A stretch of DNA of 64,000 nucleotides from Blastocatellia bacterium (GTDB lineage: Bacteria > Acidobacteriota > Blastocatellia > UBA7656): contig DASRIZ010000243.1 in NCBI GenBank assembly GCA_035649735.1, positions 19,034 through 83,033 of the forward strand, in the 5' to 3' direction. The notes below the pieces were generated by a model. That model did no database searches, was not told where the DNA came from, and was given only the letters and a program-made list of their open reading frames with translations. Shown piece after piece: positions 20,543-30,126 of this stretch; position 1 is the stretch's first letter; each line of letters begins with the position of its first letter. Made by a program: the position numbers and the translations under genes.

Positions 20543-21562
20543 ATGTCCGAGCCGTCCTATATTCAAATGCTCCAGACCGGTGAACTCGAGTCGCGTGTCG
20601 AGCGATTGATGGAGATGCTGCGTGTTTGCCGGATCTGCCCTAGAGACTGTGACAACAATCGGTTGGATAACGAAGTCGCCGCCTGTTACTCGGGCCTTCT
20701 GCCGATCGTTTCTACGTACACCGCTCACTTTGGCGAAGAACCTGCATTGGTAGGGACTCGCGGGGCGGGCAACGTCTTTTTGGGGCTGTGCAATCTTCGC
20801 TGCGTTTATTGTCAGAATTATCAGATAAGCCAAACATTCAAGCTGCAACGCGCAAATGAGATCTCGTTTGACCGGCTTGCGGAGATTTTTCTTGAGCTTC
20901 AGTCGCAGGGTTGCCACAACATCAACTGGGTTTCGCCGACTCACTTTGCCCCGCAACTGGCGAAATCGCTGCTGATCGCCGCGCGACGAGGGTTAAGGTT
21001 ACCGGTCGTTTACAATACTAACGCCTATGACTCTGTTGACGTGCTCCGGTTGCTGGAAGGAATCGTCGCTGTCTATCTGCCGGATCTCAAATACAGTGAC
21101 GACGAAGCAGGTCGCGAGTATTCAAAGGTGGTGGAATACGTGCGACACTCGCGCGCCGCTATTAAGGAAATGTACCGCCAGATGGGCGATCAGCTCGAGT
21201 ACGATGAGAACGGTTTACTGCGCCGCGGGTTGATCATTCGCCTGCTTGTGCTACCCAACGATATTGCCGGAATCTCTGAATCGCTTCGCTGGATACACAC
21301 CGAATTATCGCCAAATGTGGCGGTCAGCTTGATGGCGCAGTACTTCCCGACCAACAAGGTTGAACTGGAGCGCTATCCGCTTATCTCGCGCAAGATTCGT
21401 TGGAGCGAATGGCTGACGGCGATCGAACAAATGGAATCGCTGGGCATGAATGAAGGCTGGCAACAGGATTATGACTCCGCTGCCGAATACTACCGCCCCG
21501 ACTTTGGGGACGCTCAGATGCCGTTCAAGGACATTCTCGATTTCCAGCGCGATCAATCGTGA
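20543..21562 (+). CDS. Radical SAM protein, PflX/YjjW-like activase family
   Basis: 339 aa. CNLRCVYCQN (CX3CX2C) plus an N-terminal CRICPRDC. Confidence 0.8.
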   Translation: MSEPSYIQMLQTGELESRVERLMEMLRVCRICPRDCDNNRLDNEVAACYSGLLPIVSTYTAHFGEEPALVGTRGAGNVFLGLCNLRCVYCQNYQISQTFKLQRANEISFDRLAEIFLELQSQGCHNINWVSPTHFAPQLAKSLLIAARRGLRLPVVYNTNAYDSVDVLRLLEGIVAVYLPDLKYSDDEAGREYSKVVEYVRHSRAAIKEMYRQMGDQLEYDENGLLRRGLIIRLLVLPNDIAGISESLRWIHTELSPNVAVSLMAQYFPTNKVELERYPLISRKIRWSEWLTAIEQMESLGMNEGWQQDYDSAAEYYRPDFGDAQMPFKDILDFQRDQS

Positions 21563-21574
21563 GCTATCGAACTC

Positions 21575-22033
21575 TTACCTGGGTCTCGGTCTAAGTTGAC
21601 CGCCCGCCTGGAGCCACGCCTTCCAGCCGCCCTTTAGTACCCGAACCCGCTTAAAGCCGTTGGCGATGAGCGACCGTGCACCGATAATTGCCGCCTCGTC
21701 AGCCGGGCACTCACAGTAGGTTATTACCTCTCGATCGCGTGGGAACTCCCTCAACCGGTATACGACTCTTCGTACTTTTGCGTGCACCGCTCCCACTATC
21801 GTTTTGTCGGCGCTAGCGTACGCAGTCGGTCCGCGGAGATCGACGATAGACACCGGCTCTTGATTAGCGATCTTAGTCTTTAGCTCTTGCGGCGCTATGA
21901 ACTCGATTGGGGTCTGCTCCTCCGCTTTGGGCTTGGGTTTCAAGCCGAAAGGTCCTTGCGCAGCGAACGACAAAGCCTCGAATGCTAACGCCAAAGCAAT
22001 CGCCAAAACACCAACACACCTTTTGTTGCTCAT
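21575..22033 (-). CDS. Secreted rhodanese-domain sulfurtransferase
   Basis: Signal peptide MSNKRCVGVLAIALALAFEALSFA. Active-site loop ITYCECPADEAA and C-terminal VLKGGWKAW. ATG 22033 has GAGGA 5 nt upstream; the track ORF starts at GTG 22045. Confidence 0.75.
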   Translation of the reverse strand: MSNKRCVGVLAIALALAFEALSFAAQGPFGLKPKPKAEEQTPIEFIAPQELKTKIANQEPVSIVDLRGPTAYASADKTIVGAVHAKVRRVVYRLREFPRDREVITYCECPADEAAIIGARSLIANGFKRVRVLKGGWKAWLQAGGQLRPRPR

Positions 22034-22159
22034 ACAGTTCCTCACACAAAGCAGATCGCGCGAAACGCGCGCACCTGCCGCCGCGAGTTATCGAACTCAA
22101 CTCATTTTGAGGCGCGGCAGCGAATTCAGCTCCATCATTCGATATCATTCAGGTCCGCG

Positions 22160-22951
22160 CTATTTCATACCGGACATCCGCGAGTGAACGGCCACGGGTG
22201 CCGGTGAATAGTTTTTGGGATCGTACCAACCGTAAATCCCGCCGCTAAAATGAAGAAAGCCAGACTGACCAATAAGCGTCTGCTGGATCAAGTCCCCGTG
22301 AATCGTCGGGAACGGCCTTATTCCACTATAAGCCTTGACCGCGTCCTTAAGCGGGAGCGTTCGCAATTTGGTGCCGACTACGTCTCTCAGCAGGTGAGTC
22401 TGGGTGGCATCCGGATCGTGCCAGCCCTTCGGTCCGTTTCCGTGAATGATAGCCATCAAGACGTCGTTCTGTTCAAAGCGAATGGTCTGTCCAGATGCGG
22501 GATTGTTAGAGGACCTGGCGGCCACTGACAACACTCTGGATTTTGGAAGCAGCAAATCTTTTAACGGCTCCCGGGCGATCCAATTTGGGAACTCCTGATT
22601 GAGGTCTGATAGATTGGCTGCCACCGGTTTGACAATGACGGCGAGGTCCTGGGATAGGTCGCCGTTGAAATCACCCACCAGAAAACCAGGCGATCGATCC
22701 TGGTCGATCGCTACAGCGCTTTTGAATATTCGTTCGACGGCTTTTCTGACGTCTTCCGTTGTGGGCGGTGGAAGTTCTGGGTTTTGGGTCGGCTGCGTTG
22801 GTTGACTCGCAGGTTCAGTTGGTGGAGGTACCGCATCCTGCTCGGCTACCGGCTTAGCCTCCGGCGGTTTTGAGCAACCAAATAAGATCACCGATGCTGC
22901 GACGATAACAAACAGCCATAGCAATTTGTTGAAATCTTTTCTGGCAAGCAT
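22160..22951 (-). CDS. Hypothetical lipoprotein
   Basis: ATG 22951 preceded by GGAGGA. Lipobox-like VILFGC, then a Pro-rich linker (PPTEPASQPTQPTQNPELPPP). No recognised domain. Confidence 0.55.
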   Translation of the reverse strand: MLARKDFNKLLWLFVIVAASVILFGCSKPPEAKPVAEQDAVPPPTEPASQPTQPTQNPELPPPTTEDVRKAVERIFKSAVAIDQDRSPGFLVGDFNGDLSQDLAVIVKPVAANLSDLNQEFPNWIAREPLKDLLLPKSRVLSVAARSSNNPASGQTIRFEQNDVLMAIIHGNGPKGWHDPDATQTHLLRDVVGTKLRTLPLKDAVKAYSGIRPFPTIHGDLIQQTLIGQSGFLHFSGGIYGWYDPKNYSPAPVAVHSRMSGMK

Positions 22952-23052
22952 CTCAGTCCTCCTGAAAGCAGAGGCTCGTCTCGCCGTTTTGCCAGACGAG
23001 CCTCTCCGAACAGACCGCTCCGGCAACATCCTTGGTGTTTACCTCGGACGTG

Positions 23053-24330
23053 TCAGAGCGACAGTACAAACGCGATGAGTTGATTCTTTTGGGTAGTGCT
23101 CAACGCGTTGAAGTTGTTTCTTGCAGTTGCCGCTTGACCACCATGAACCTGAATGCTGTCGAAGATGGTGTTGGTGTTACCCTGCATCATAAATCGGTTC
23201 TTTGTGCGAACCCCCCACAGCGCGATTGTCGTTGTTGCGAACCTGTCGTTGACACCAGGTTCTGCGCCGATTCCCCCGCTGGTGCCGATGTTGTGCAGCG
23301 CAAAGTCGCTGAACGGACGGATGATCTTGTTGCCAAGCGCCGCCGGTACGACAAACGCGCCGCCGTTTATTATCGTGCCAGCTAATGCGGTAGTGAACTG
23401 AGGCGTATGGCACACGGCGCAGCCGATTGAAGTGAACAGAGACTGTCCAGCAGTAACATCAGCATTGATTGGCCCTCGACCGGGAGCTCTTAGAGCCCGC
23501 TGGAAAGCAGCGAATGCTTCGACGTCGTCGCCATCGTCCTCCGGGTCAGTGCAGGGCCCGTCGCAGCCGTTGTCGAATGGCGCAGCCGACTGCCCGAGGA
23601 TGTTATTGTCGTTCGGTTGCAACGGGCTGGTAATCCCCATCTCGTTCAAATACGCATCAGCGGAAAAGGATACCAGGCTGGCGTGTTGGGATTTGTGGCC
23701 GAACCGACCGATTCGAGTCGCCGGCGCGGCCTCGAGGACAGTCACCGTCCGTAGCTGACCGCGTTGGGCGGCGGGCTGAGCGGCCACGTTGTTTTGTAGC
23801 GTTTGATTAGCAATGGCTTCAACGAACCCATCGCCGAGCACCGTTCTGGTGGACCGGAATTCAGTGGCGGTTAGCCCGGTATTGGAGTGCTCCTGGGCTC
23901 CTGGAGCAATGCTCCGGTCTTGAAGAAGGGTCTGGCCGCCCGGCGGCGCAGAAAAGACGCCAAAGCTGACGCTACCGGCCCTGAACTCGTTGATCTGGCT
24001 AACGTGGCCGGTGACTGGAGCCTGATGGCAACTCGAGCAAGCTACGTCGTTGTACGTCGGCCCAAGTCCTTCGTCTACCTCTTCCCGTTGCTCGAATATT
24101 GCCTTGTTGTCGCGGAACGAGCGCAGCGGTACGGCGGGGTTGGTGCATTCATCAACCGGAGCACCAAGGGTACCGAACCCGTTGAAGAGGTCGTCGTCTT
24201 CCTCGCGAGCATCCATCTGTGTTGTCGGAGCGTTTGTTGCGGCTTGGCCTTCGACGGAACTCGTATAGGTAAAAGGCAAAACGAGAGCCGCCGCGAACAA
24301 CAGCAGAGCAGAAATCTTTAGGGTCTTCAT
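23053..24330 (-). CDS. Di-haem oxidoreductase, DUF1111 / cytochrome c peroxidase-like
   Basis: 425 aa. Signal peptide, two CxxCH motifs (CSSCH, CAVCH), AAGGAGA RBS. Confidence 0.7.
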   Translation of the reverse strand: MKTLKISALLLFAAALVLPFTYTSSVEGQAATNAPTTQMDAREEDDDLFNGFGTLGAPVDECTNPAVPLRSFRDNKAIFEQREEVDEGLGPTYNDVACSSCHQAPVTGHVSQINEFRAGSVSFGVFSAPPGGQTLLQDRSIAPGAQEHSNTGLTATEFRSTRTVLGDGFVEAIANQTLQNNVAAQPAAQRGQLRTVTVLEAAPATRIGRFGHKSQHASLVSFSADAYLNEMGITSPLQPNDNNILGQSAAPFDNGCDGPCTDPEDDGDDVEAFAAFQRALRAPGRGPINADVTAGQSLFTSIGCAVCHTPQFTTALAGTIINGGAFVVPAALGNKIIRPFSDFALHNIGTSGGIGAEPGVNDRFATTTIALWGVRTKNRFMMQGNTNTIFDSIQVHGGQAATARNNFNALSTTQKNQLIAFVLSL

Positions 24331-25077
24331 TTAGAAGGTTCTCCTTTCAAGTCCTGGATCGAGGGACAATCCAGGCACACTCCTAGTTATCTGCCTACGC
24401 AGTTGCGTGTGATTATGGACAACTCTATCCCTGAGACCTACGGCTCGATCTCTCCGGCCTTCTGCTGGGTCAGAGCTCACGCAGACACGAACCCTGCGTG
24501 TCATTGTAATGTCTTTTTTGCAAGCGAGGAATACCTCAAAGTGTAACAATCATCCCACTTTGGCGACATCTCTCTGAGGCACGCCGAATGTATGCCTTAT
24601 CGCATTAAATGTCAACAAAAAAAATAACCAAATTCTGACCTCTAATTTTTGTCTAAACTGATTTTGATCGCATCCCGGTTCTCACCCGCTTCCACCCCCT
24701 CCCGGTCTGTACTCGGACGCCAGACCTATGAATGAAACCTGCGCAACCCCATCGGCGCATCGACTCTGTCGTACTCTCGGTTAGTCGAGAAGTTGCGAGG
24801 TGTTACCCGCGAGATCTTGACGCATTGAGACCCTCGGCACTTGGGATCGTCCTAGTCCCTCAATTAAGCCCCGCTGACGCGAGCCACCTCGCTAAAACGT
24901 CCCATCGGCTCTCGCCAAACTTTACTCAGGCGATTTATGTAAAGTTTATCTAACCCTTTTGAGTTGGGGATTGTGGTGAAGTGGAGTTTAATAATCAGCG
25001 ATCTTGTTCGTAATGACGGTTGAAATGGGGCCTAAAAAAACCCACGCAAAACTCAAAACTCGTGCTAGAATAAGTCT

Positions 25078-25230
25078 ATGAAATGCCCAAAGTGCTTTAA
25101 CCCCCTCCGACGGGTAGCCTCCACCGAGGATTCGGTGTGGTTTACTTGCCCGTTAGGTCACAGATTCCATTCAGAGACAGGAAGCGGCATTAGTGATTCG
25201 GAAGGTCACCGCTACGCTGTTTCGGAGTGA
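25078..25230 (+). CDS. Possible 50-aa zinc-ribbon protein
   Basis: MKCPKCFNPL..WFTCPLGHRF (CxxC ... CxxxH). No clear RBS. Sits in a gene-poor region. Confidence 0.3.
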   Translation: MKCPKCFNPLRRVASTEDSVWFTCPLGHRFHSETGSGISDSEGHRYAVSE

Positions 25231-25601
25231 GTAGAGCGGCTCGTCCTCGGGGTGAAGTGCTCCGGGGACAGCCGTAGGGATTCTTATCGCTTACGTCCGC
25301 CTGCTGATTGGTTTGTATTTACGCCTTCGATAGGCACTTATTGTCTTTCATTCAACCGTCTGTTACTCAAGGTGAGTCAGCCCTCATGTTTTTCCTGTAG
25401 AGACTTTCCGCTGAACGGATTAGCTGATAGAATCGCCTTAACCCGGCTCGGGATTGTTTTAAGGGCGCCGGGCGAACGGTTCACAGGCAGCGTACAAGCA
25501 TAGTTACCAAGTGGGAGCGCAGGGGTCACGTGTATTCGTGCGTCGATGTAGATTCATAGTAAAAAATACAGCGAACTAATATCTGGTAAGGGGAAAAACG
25601 A

Positions 25602-27017
25602 ATGGAAAGGCGAGCGACTCAAGAGAGTTTGCTGGAACTGATCGACAGCGGACAGTTCCTTGCGGCAGAAGAGATTTTTTCGGAACGCAGAACAAATGAG
25701 CCAATGGAGATGGTCATTCGCTCTGAGGTCGCAATGTACTTCGACAGGCTTGGGGACGCCACGGCGCTGCTTGAAGAAGTTGCTCCCGGAATTGCCGACA
25801 TTGCCGTAGCCGCACGTTTCTCACTAACCAGGGGCCGCCTCGCGCTTGCGCTCGGAGACCCGCAGCAAGCGGAAACCCAGCTTCAGTCTGCCTACCACTT
25901 CTATCACTTTTTGAACGATTCTTTTGGAGTCAGCAGAGCACTATTGAATCTGGCGAGATTCGCTCGAGGCCGCGGGAAAATCGATGAGGCGGCCGCAAAT
26001 CTCGAGGCTGCGCAAACCGGTATTAAGGGGCGCACCAGCAAACGCACCGAGTATTTGCGCGGAGTCATCTCTACTGAACAGGCTGCCGCCGAAAGCGACC
26101 GGGGCGAGATCGAACAAGCGGCCCAGACGTATTCGGAAGCGATGCGCTTGCTTAAGAATCATGAGAAAGGTCGCTACTACGCGCGCGCTCTGGTCGGCAT
26201 GGCTGATCTTAAGTGCGCGCTGGGCGAATTTCAGGATTCACTCGAAATCTATAAGGAAGCCGTCACAGTGTTGGAGCGGTATGATCTTCGAAGAGACCTT
26301 GCTGAAACTAAACTGAAACTCGCCCGCGCACTGGTCAGGCTGCAGCGATTGGAGCGGGCGGAAAAGCTCGCCGAAGAAAGCCGCGAGTTGCGACGGGGAG
26401 ATCCGGCGGGCGAGAGCGACGCTATGGCGCTGCTCGTGCTGGTGGCTCTCCAGCGCAACGAGCTTGAAGGAGCGAGCGAACGAGCGCTGGCGGCGGTTGC
26501 GTCGAGTGATCAAACATCTTCGATCGAGAGTAGAATCCGCGCGCGCCTGGCGCTCGGGCTTGTAAAACTCGCGGAGCGGGAGTTTAAGGACGCGACCGAT
26601 GCGCTTGGGGCCGCGGCGGAAATGGCTCGAAATACCGTTGGAGCCCCGGCGCGAAGGCTCGAGCTTGAAGCGACCGTCTACCTTGCCGAAGCGTTTCATA
26701 ACGTCGACACCCGCGCGGGGCGAAACGAACTCTTGCGAGCCAGCGAATTGCTTAACGAAGTCGAGGATGCTTTTCTTGGTGATGAGTTCAATCGAGTGTC
26801 CGCCAAATACGAGGAGCAAATCGTCTTCACCGATGACAATCGCCTCGTGTTTGACGGGAATCAACTACCTCGCTGGCAGGAAGCGAAACGAACGCTTGAA
26901 GGTTTTCTGCTTCGCAACGCTTTACGCCAAACCAACAATAGCCTGACACGCGCAGCCCGCAAATTGGGTGTCTCAAAGGTGCACGTGCACAACCTGAAAA
27001 AGAAGCATGGGATCTAG
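25602..27017 (+). CDS. TPR-like repeat protein with C-terminal Fis-type (HTH_8) DNA-binding helix-turn-helix
   Basis: 471 aa. Helical repeats rich in A/L/E/R. C-terminus LLRNALRQTNNSLTRAARKLGVSKVHVHNLKKKHGI. No Walker/AAA+ motifs seen. AAGGGGA RBS. Confidence 0.65.
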   Translation: MERRATQESLLELIDSGQFLAAEEIFSERRTNEPMEMVIRSEVAMYFDRLGDATALLEEVAPGIADIAVAARFSLTRGRLALALGDPQQAETQLQSAYHFYHFLNDSFGVSRALLNLARFARGRGKIDEAAANLEAAQTGIKGRTSKRTEYLRGVISTEQAAAESDRGEIEQAAQTYSEAMRLLKNHEKGRYYARALVGMADLKCALGEFQDSLEIYKEAVTVLERYDLRRDLAETKLKLARALVRLQRLERAEKLAEESRELRRGDPAGESDAMALLVLVALQRNELEGASERALAAVASSDQTSSIESRIRARLALGLVKLAEREFKDATDALGAAAEMARNTVGAPARRLELEATVYLAEAFHNVDTRAGRNELLRASELLNEVEDAFLGDEFNRVSAKYEEQIVFTDDNRLVFDGNQLPRWQEAKRTLEGFLLRNALRQTNNSLTRAARKLGVSKVHVHNLKKKHGI

Positions 27018-28711
27018 CCCGTCGATTCGCCCAGGTTGATCAGCGCGCGCCGAAGCTTCGTGTGGCGCTGAAGCATCCGTGCATATTGTGATTCATCTCT
27101 TCCGCTCTTGGCGCGGATGATCCTTACCAGCTCCATTTTGTCCGTAGAACTCCAATCAGCCAGATTGGAGATCAATCCGAGAACCAGCGCGAGATCCTCA
27201 AAGGCGGCGTATCCTTTTTCGCCTCTGCGCGGCAACCCACTCCCGAGTATGTCCGCAACTTGTTTTACCGACGCCGCTCGAATTTTTTCGGCGTCCCCCT
27301 CGAAGTCTCTAGACATCCGCCGCTGGACTGCGAGCCCCAGATTTCGAATCGCGAACCGATCCCAGTCCCCGCGCGGGGTGCCGGGCGCCTCGTAAACGAT
27401 GCTCGCCGCTGAAAGAAGCCTCAGCACCTTGGGCGGCGTACGATAACCTGGATTGGCGGCGATCTTTCGCTCCTCACGCGCCATCAGTTTGGCAAGATCG
27501 GGGCGCGTTGGCCTAAACCCTAGTTTTCGGTAAAACCAAAAGGCGCCAGAGTCGATCGCCTCATCGTTGTTGTGGCCGATCTGATAAGGGTCGATCGAAA
27601 TGCAAGTGACCCCGACCAGTTGATGCAGCAGCCGAAGCACCCTTCCGTAAACCCACGCCGACTCTCCCTCGCGAAATGTGTAGAAAGTATTGAATCCGAT
27701 CTCCATTCGCTCGCAAATCGTGATTCCCTCGATGTAGTTGATCGGGACTCCATTCTTCAATGTAAATCCAGCGTGATAAGCCCGTAAGGGCAAACGACGC
27801 TCGAGCGGCAAACCCCAGAGAAAAATTTCGACGCCACGTCCGGCGTCTGCGCGCACAACGCTATTCGGATCGCCATGCGTAATGCCATATAGCTCGCGAT
27901 AACGAACCGTCGTCGTTTCGCGAAGCGTGTCCTGCATCATCTTGCCCTGCGACGACGACAACTTTTTCAAGTTAAAAGGCGGCGATTGAAATTCGTGATC
28001 CAGCGAAACATCGTTCCGTCTAATGAGCGGCCCTTTATGATAGAAGACCTTTCGTGGGCGCCGCTTGTTCCGAGTGCGCGACGCCCGCGACTCGCCAAGA
28101 TCCCATCGAATACGAAGCCCAAGCGAGTCGTAGAGTTCCGCCTTTTGCCGGATGTCCAGACTCAGTTGCTCGAAACGTTGAATCAACCACGAAAGCCGTC
28201 TTCCCCCTTGTGTCGCCTGGTCGATCCAAGTGATGTATGGGATGTTAGCTTCGACGAGCGAATCTTCGTACAGCAGCGGAAGAAAGCGTGGCATCGTTGC
28301 CCCGAGGCGCTCCGGATGTTCAGGCTCATTCCAATAGGCATCGACACGCGAGGGATAGCGATCAACGAGGAATCGAACGATGTCATAACTAAATGTACCG
28401 GATATAACTGTGTTGGTGACACCCGAATACTCAATGTAATCCAGTGGGGTCAGGTCCGCGCCGGTGGCCCGCAGCTCTTCGACTCGTCGGGCGAAGGTTG
28501 AAAGCAGGCTCTCAGCCATCTCAAACGCGGCGGGACTTTGAGGGTGCGAGCGGATAAACAACAGAGCTTCGTGAAAGCGAATCAGCGAGTCGGCATCTGG
28601 GAAGCGGCGCTTACTAAGATCCGCAAGCGATTTTTCTGTGCGAGATACATTCGAGCCGAATTGACGCTTCGCCTCTTCGAGTTGAGATAGGATGAGATCG
28701 AGTGAGGGCAT
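27014..28711 (-). CDS. Hypothetical protein with possible GNAT-like C-terminal segment
   Basis: 565-aa uninterrupted ORF. NNDEAIDSGAFWFYRKLGFRP resembles the GNAT motif B region. No other recognisable motif. Confidence 0.55.
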   Translation of the reverse strand: MPSLDLILSQLEEAKRQFGSNVSRTEKSLADLSKRRFPDADSLIRFHEALLFIRSHPQSPAAFEMAESLLSTFARRVEELRATGADLTPLDYIEYSGVTNTVISGTFSYDIVRFLVDRYPSRVDAYWNEPEHPERLGATMPRFLPLLYEDSLVEANIPYITWIDQATQGGRRLSWLIQRFEQLSLDIRQKAELYDSLGLRIRWDLGESRASRTRNKRRPRKVFYHKGPLIRRNDVSLDHEFQSPPFNLKKLSSSQGKMMQDTLRETTTVRYRELYGITHGDPNSVVRADAGRGVEIFLWGLPLERRLPLRAYHAGFTLKNGVPINYIEGITICERMEIGFNTFYTFREGESAWVYGRVLRLLHQLVGVTCISIDPYQIGHNNDEAIDSGAFWFYRKLGFRPTRPDLAKLMAREERKIAANPGYRTPPKVLRLLSAASIVYEAPGTPRGDWDRFAIRNLGLAVQRRMSRDFEGDAEKIRAASVKQVADILGSGLPRRGEKGYAAFEDLALVLGLISNLADWSSTDKMELVRIIRAKSGRDESQYARMLQRHTKLRRALINLGESTG

Positions 28712-28718
28712 AGTAACG

Positions 28719-28840
28719 GGGTTTCTGGTTCCTGGTTTCTGGTTTCTGGTTCAAGAATCGCTCAAAGCTCCAGAAACAAGAAACCAAAAACCAGAGACCA
28801 GAAACCAGAAACCAGCAACCAAAAACCAAAAACCAGAAAC
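28719..28840. repeat. Heptamer-armed hairpin, TGGTTTC x~4.5 facing a GAAACCA-type array of ~10 units
   Basis: Left arm 28719-28752, right arm 28769-28840. Fills the cinA to 565-aa-gene gap. Confidence 0.9.
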
Positions 28841-28843
28841 GCA

Positions 28844-30082
28844 CTAAACCAGGTATCGGCGACGAACCATTTCAAGTGCAGCGGTAGACGCTCTCCAACG
28901 GACCAGGTGCCGATCTCCGGGTAGCACAAGCCGCCTGTTTGAAGTCACGACTTCATCGGCCAAACCAATGTAGACAGTTCCCACCGGTACTGCGTCAGTC
29001 CCGCCGCCCGGTCCTGCCGTGCCGGTCACGCTCAGCCCAATGGTTGCTCCGATACGTTCTTTGACGGCCCGCGCCATTGCTTCGGCGACTTCGCCGCTGA
29101 CTGCTCCGTGGCGCTCGATCATTTCTGCTGGTACGTCCAGGAGCCGACCTTTTGCCTCGTTGGTATAACTGATCACGCTCCCCGCAAAGTAATCGCTGGA
29201 ACCGGGGACTCTAGTGATTCTTTCGGCAACCAGCCCACCAGTGCAGCTTTCGGCAGTTGCGATTGTGAACTGTTTCACGCGAAGCCCGTGGCCCACTACA
29301 TCTTCAAGGGACTCGCCGGTCGTCGAATAGACGTAATACCCGAGCTTCTCTTGAAGTTTATCGGTCAGTTCCTCAGCAATCTCTTCTGCCTTCGCGGCGG
29401 TTTCGGCCGTCGCAGTCAGGTGTATTTCGATCTCCGAATCCGTAAACAGGATCGTTGTAGTTGGGTTTGAATAATCCTTGTAGATGGGAGCGATCATATC
29501 ATCAAGAGCGGATTCGCCAAGCCCGGTGACCTTCAATACACGCTTGGCTATCCGAACGCCCCGAGACATTCTTTCAATATCCGGCATCACGTAATCGACA
29601 AACATCGGTTGGTTTTCGCGAGGCGGCCCCGGCAACAAAACAATAAGCTTGCCATCCTGCTCGATCTTGATTCCGGGTGCTGTTCCGTTAGGGTTCGGAA
29701 GCACTCTGGCGCCTTGCGGGATCAGCGCTTGGCGTTCGTTGTTCGGCGTCATCTGATAACCGCGGCTCGCAAACCGCTCGCGTATCCCTGCGAGCACTTC
29801 GTAGTCGAGCGTCAATTGGCGACCGGTGACTCGCGCAAACACTTTGCGGGTTATGTCGTCCTCGGTAGGTCCGAGCCCGCCGGTCGAGATGATAACCTCC
29901 GAACGTTTGAGCGCGTCCCTCACGCTTTCTTCGAGGATCGCTTCATCATCGCCGACGACCGTCTTGAGCTGCACTTCGATGCCTACGGAGTTCAACCGCT
30001 CCGTCAGCCACAACGAATTGGTGTCGGTTCTGTATGGTGTCAAAAGCTCTGATCCGATGGCTATTATTTCTGCTCTCAACAT
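28844..30082 (-). CDS. cinA: CinA family protein (MoCF-like domain + nicotinamide-nucleotide amidohydrolase PncC domain)
   Basis: 412 aa. MLRAEIIAIGSELLTPYRTDTNSLWLTERL.. N-terminus and a C-terminal PncC-like block TAESCTGGLVAERIT..GSS. GGAG RBS. Confidence 0.9.
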   Translation of the reverse strand: MLRAEIIAIGSELLTPYRTDTNSLWLTERLNSVGIEVQLKTVVGDDEAILEESVRDALKRSEVIISTGGLGPTEDDITRKVFARVTGRQLTLDYEVLAGIRERFASRGYQMTPNNERQALIPQGARVLPNPNGTAPGIKIEQDGKLIVLLPGPPRENQPMFVDYVMPDIERMSRGVRIAKRVLKVTGLGESALDDMIAPIYKDYSNPTTTILFTDSEIEIHLTATAETAAKAEEIAEELTDKLQEKLGYYVYSTTGESLEDVVGHGLRVKQFTIATAESCTGGLVAERITRVPGSSDYFAGSVISYTNEAKGRLLDVPAEMIERHGAVSGEVAEAMARAVKERIGATIGLSVTGTAGPGGGTDAVPVGTVYIGLADEVVTSNRRLVLPGDRHLVRWRASTAALEMVRRRYLV

Positions 30083-30126
30083 TACTCCTGCGTCGTACGG
30101 TTATGAGTCCATTCAGCACCAAAGAC

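Noticed and set aside
24331-25077. Structured RNA gene (tmRNA, RNase P, SRP, 6S) in the large gap. One stretch partly resembles the SRP GGAAG-CAGC motif.
   Set aside because: Only a few bases match, and the flanking helices and other universal motifs (e.g. GGAAAGTCCGG, a CCA-ending acceptor) are absent.
28719-28840. CRISPR array as an explanation for the tandem repeats here and at the other repeat loci.
   Set aside because: The units are only about 7 nt and directly abutting, with no unique spacers. Opposed arms form a hairpin, and there are no cas genes in the window.
28614-28844. 76-aa ORF (MRFWFLVFGCWFLVSGLWFLVS..), and likewise 61411-61617 ([20 protein letters not shown]..).
   Set aside because: These are translations of the heptamer repeat arms. 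The periodic peptides are an artefact of the repeat, not genes.
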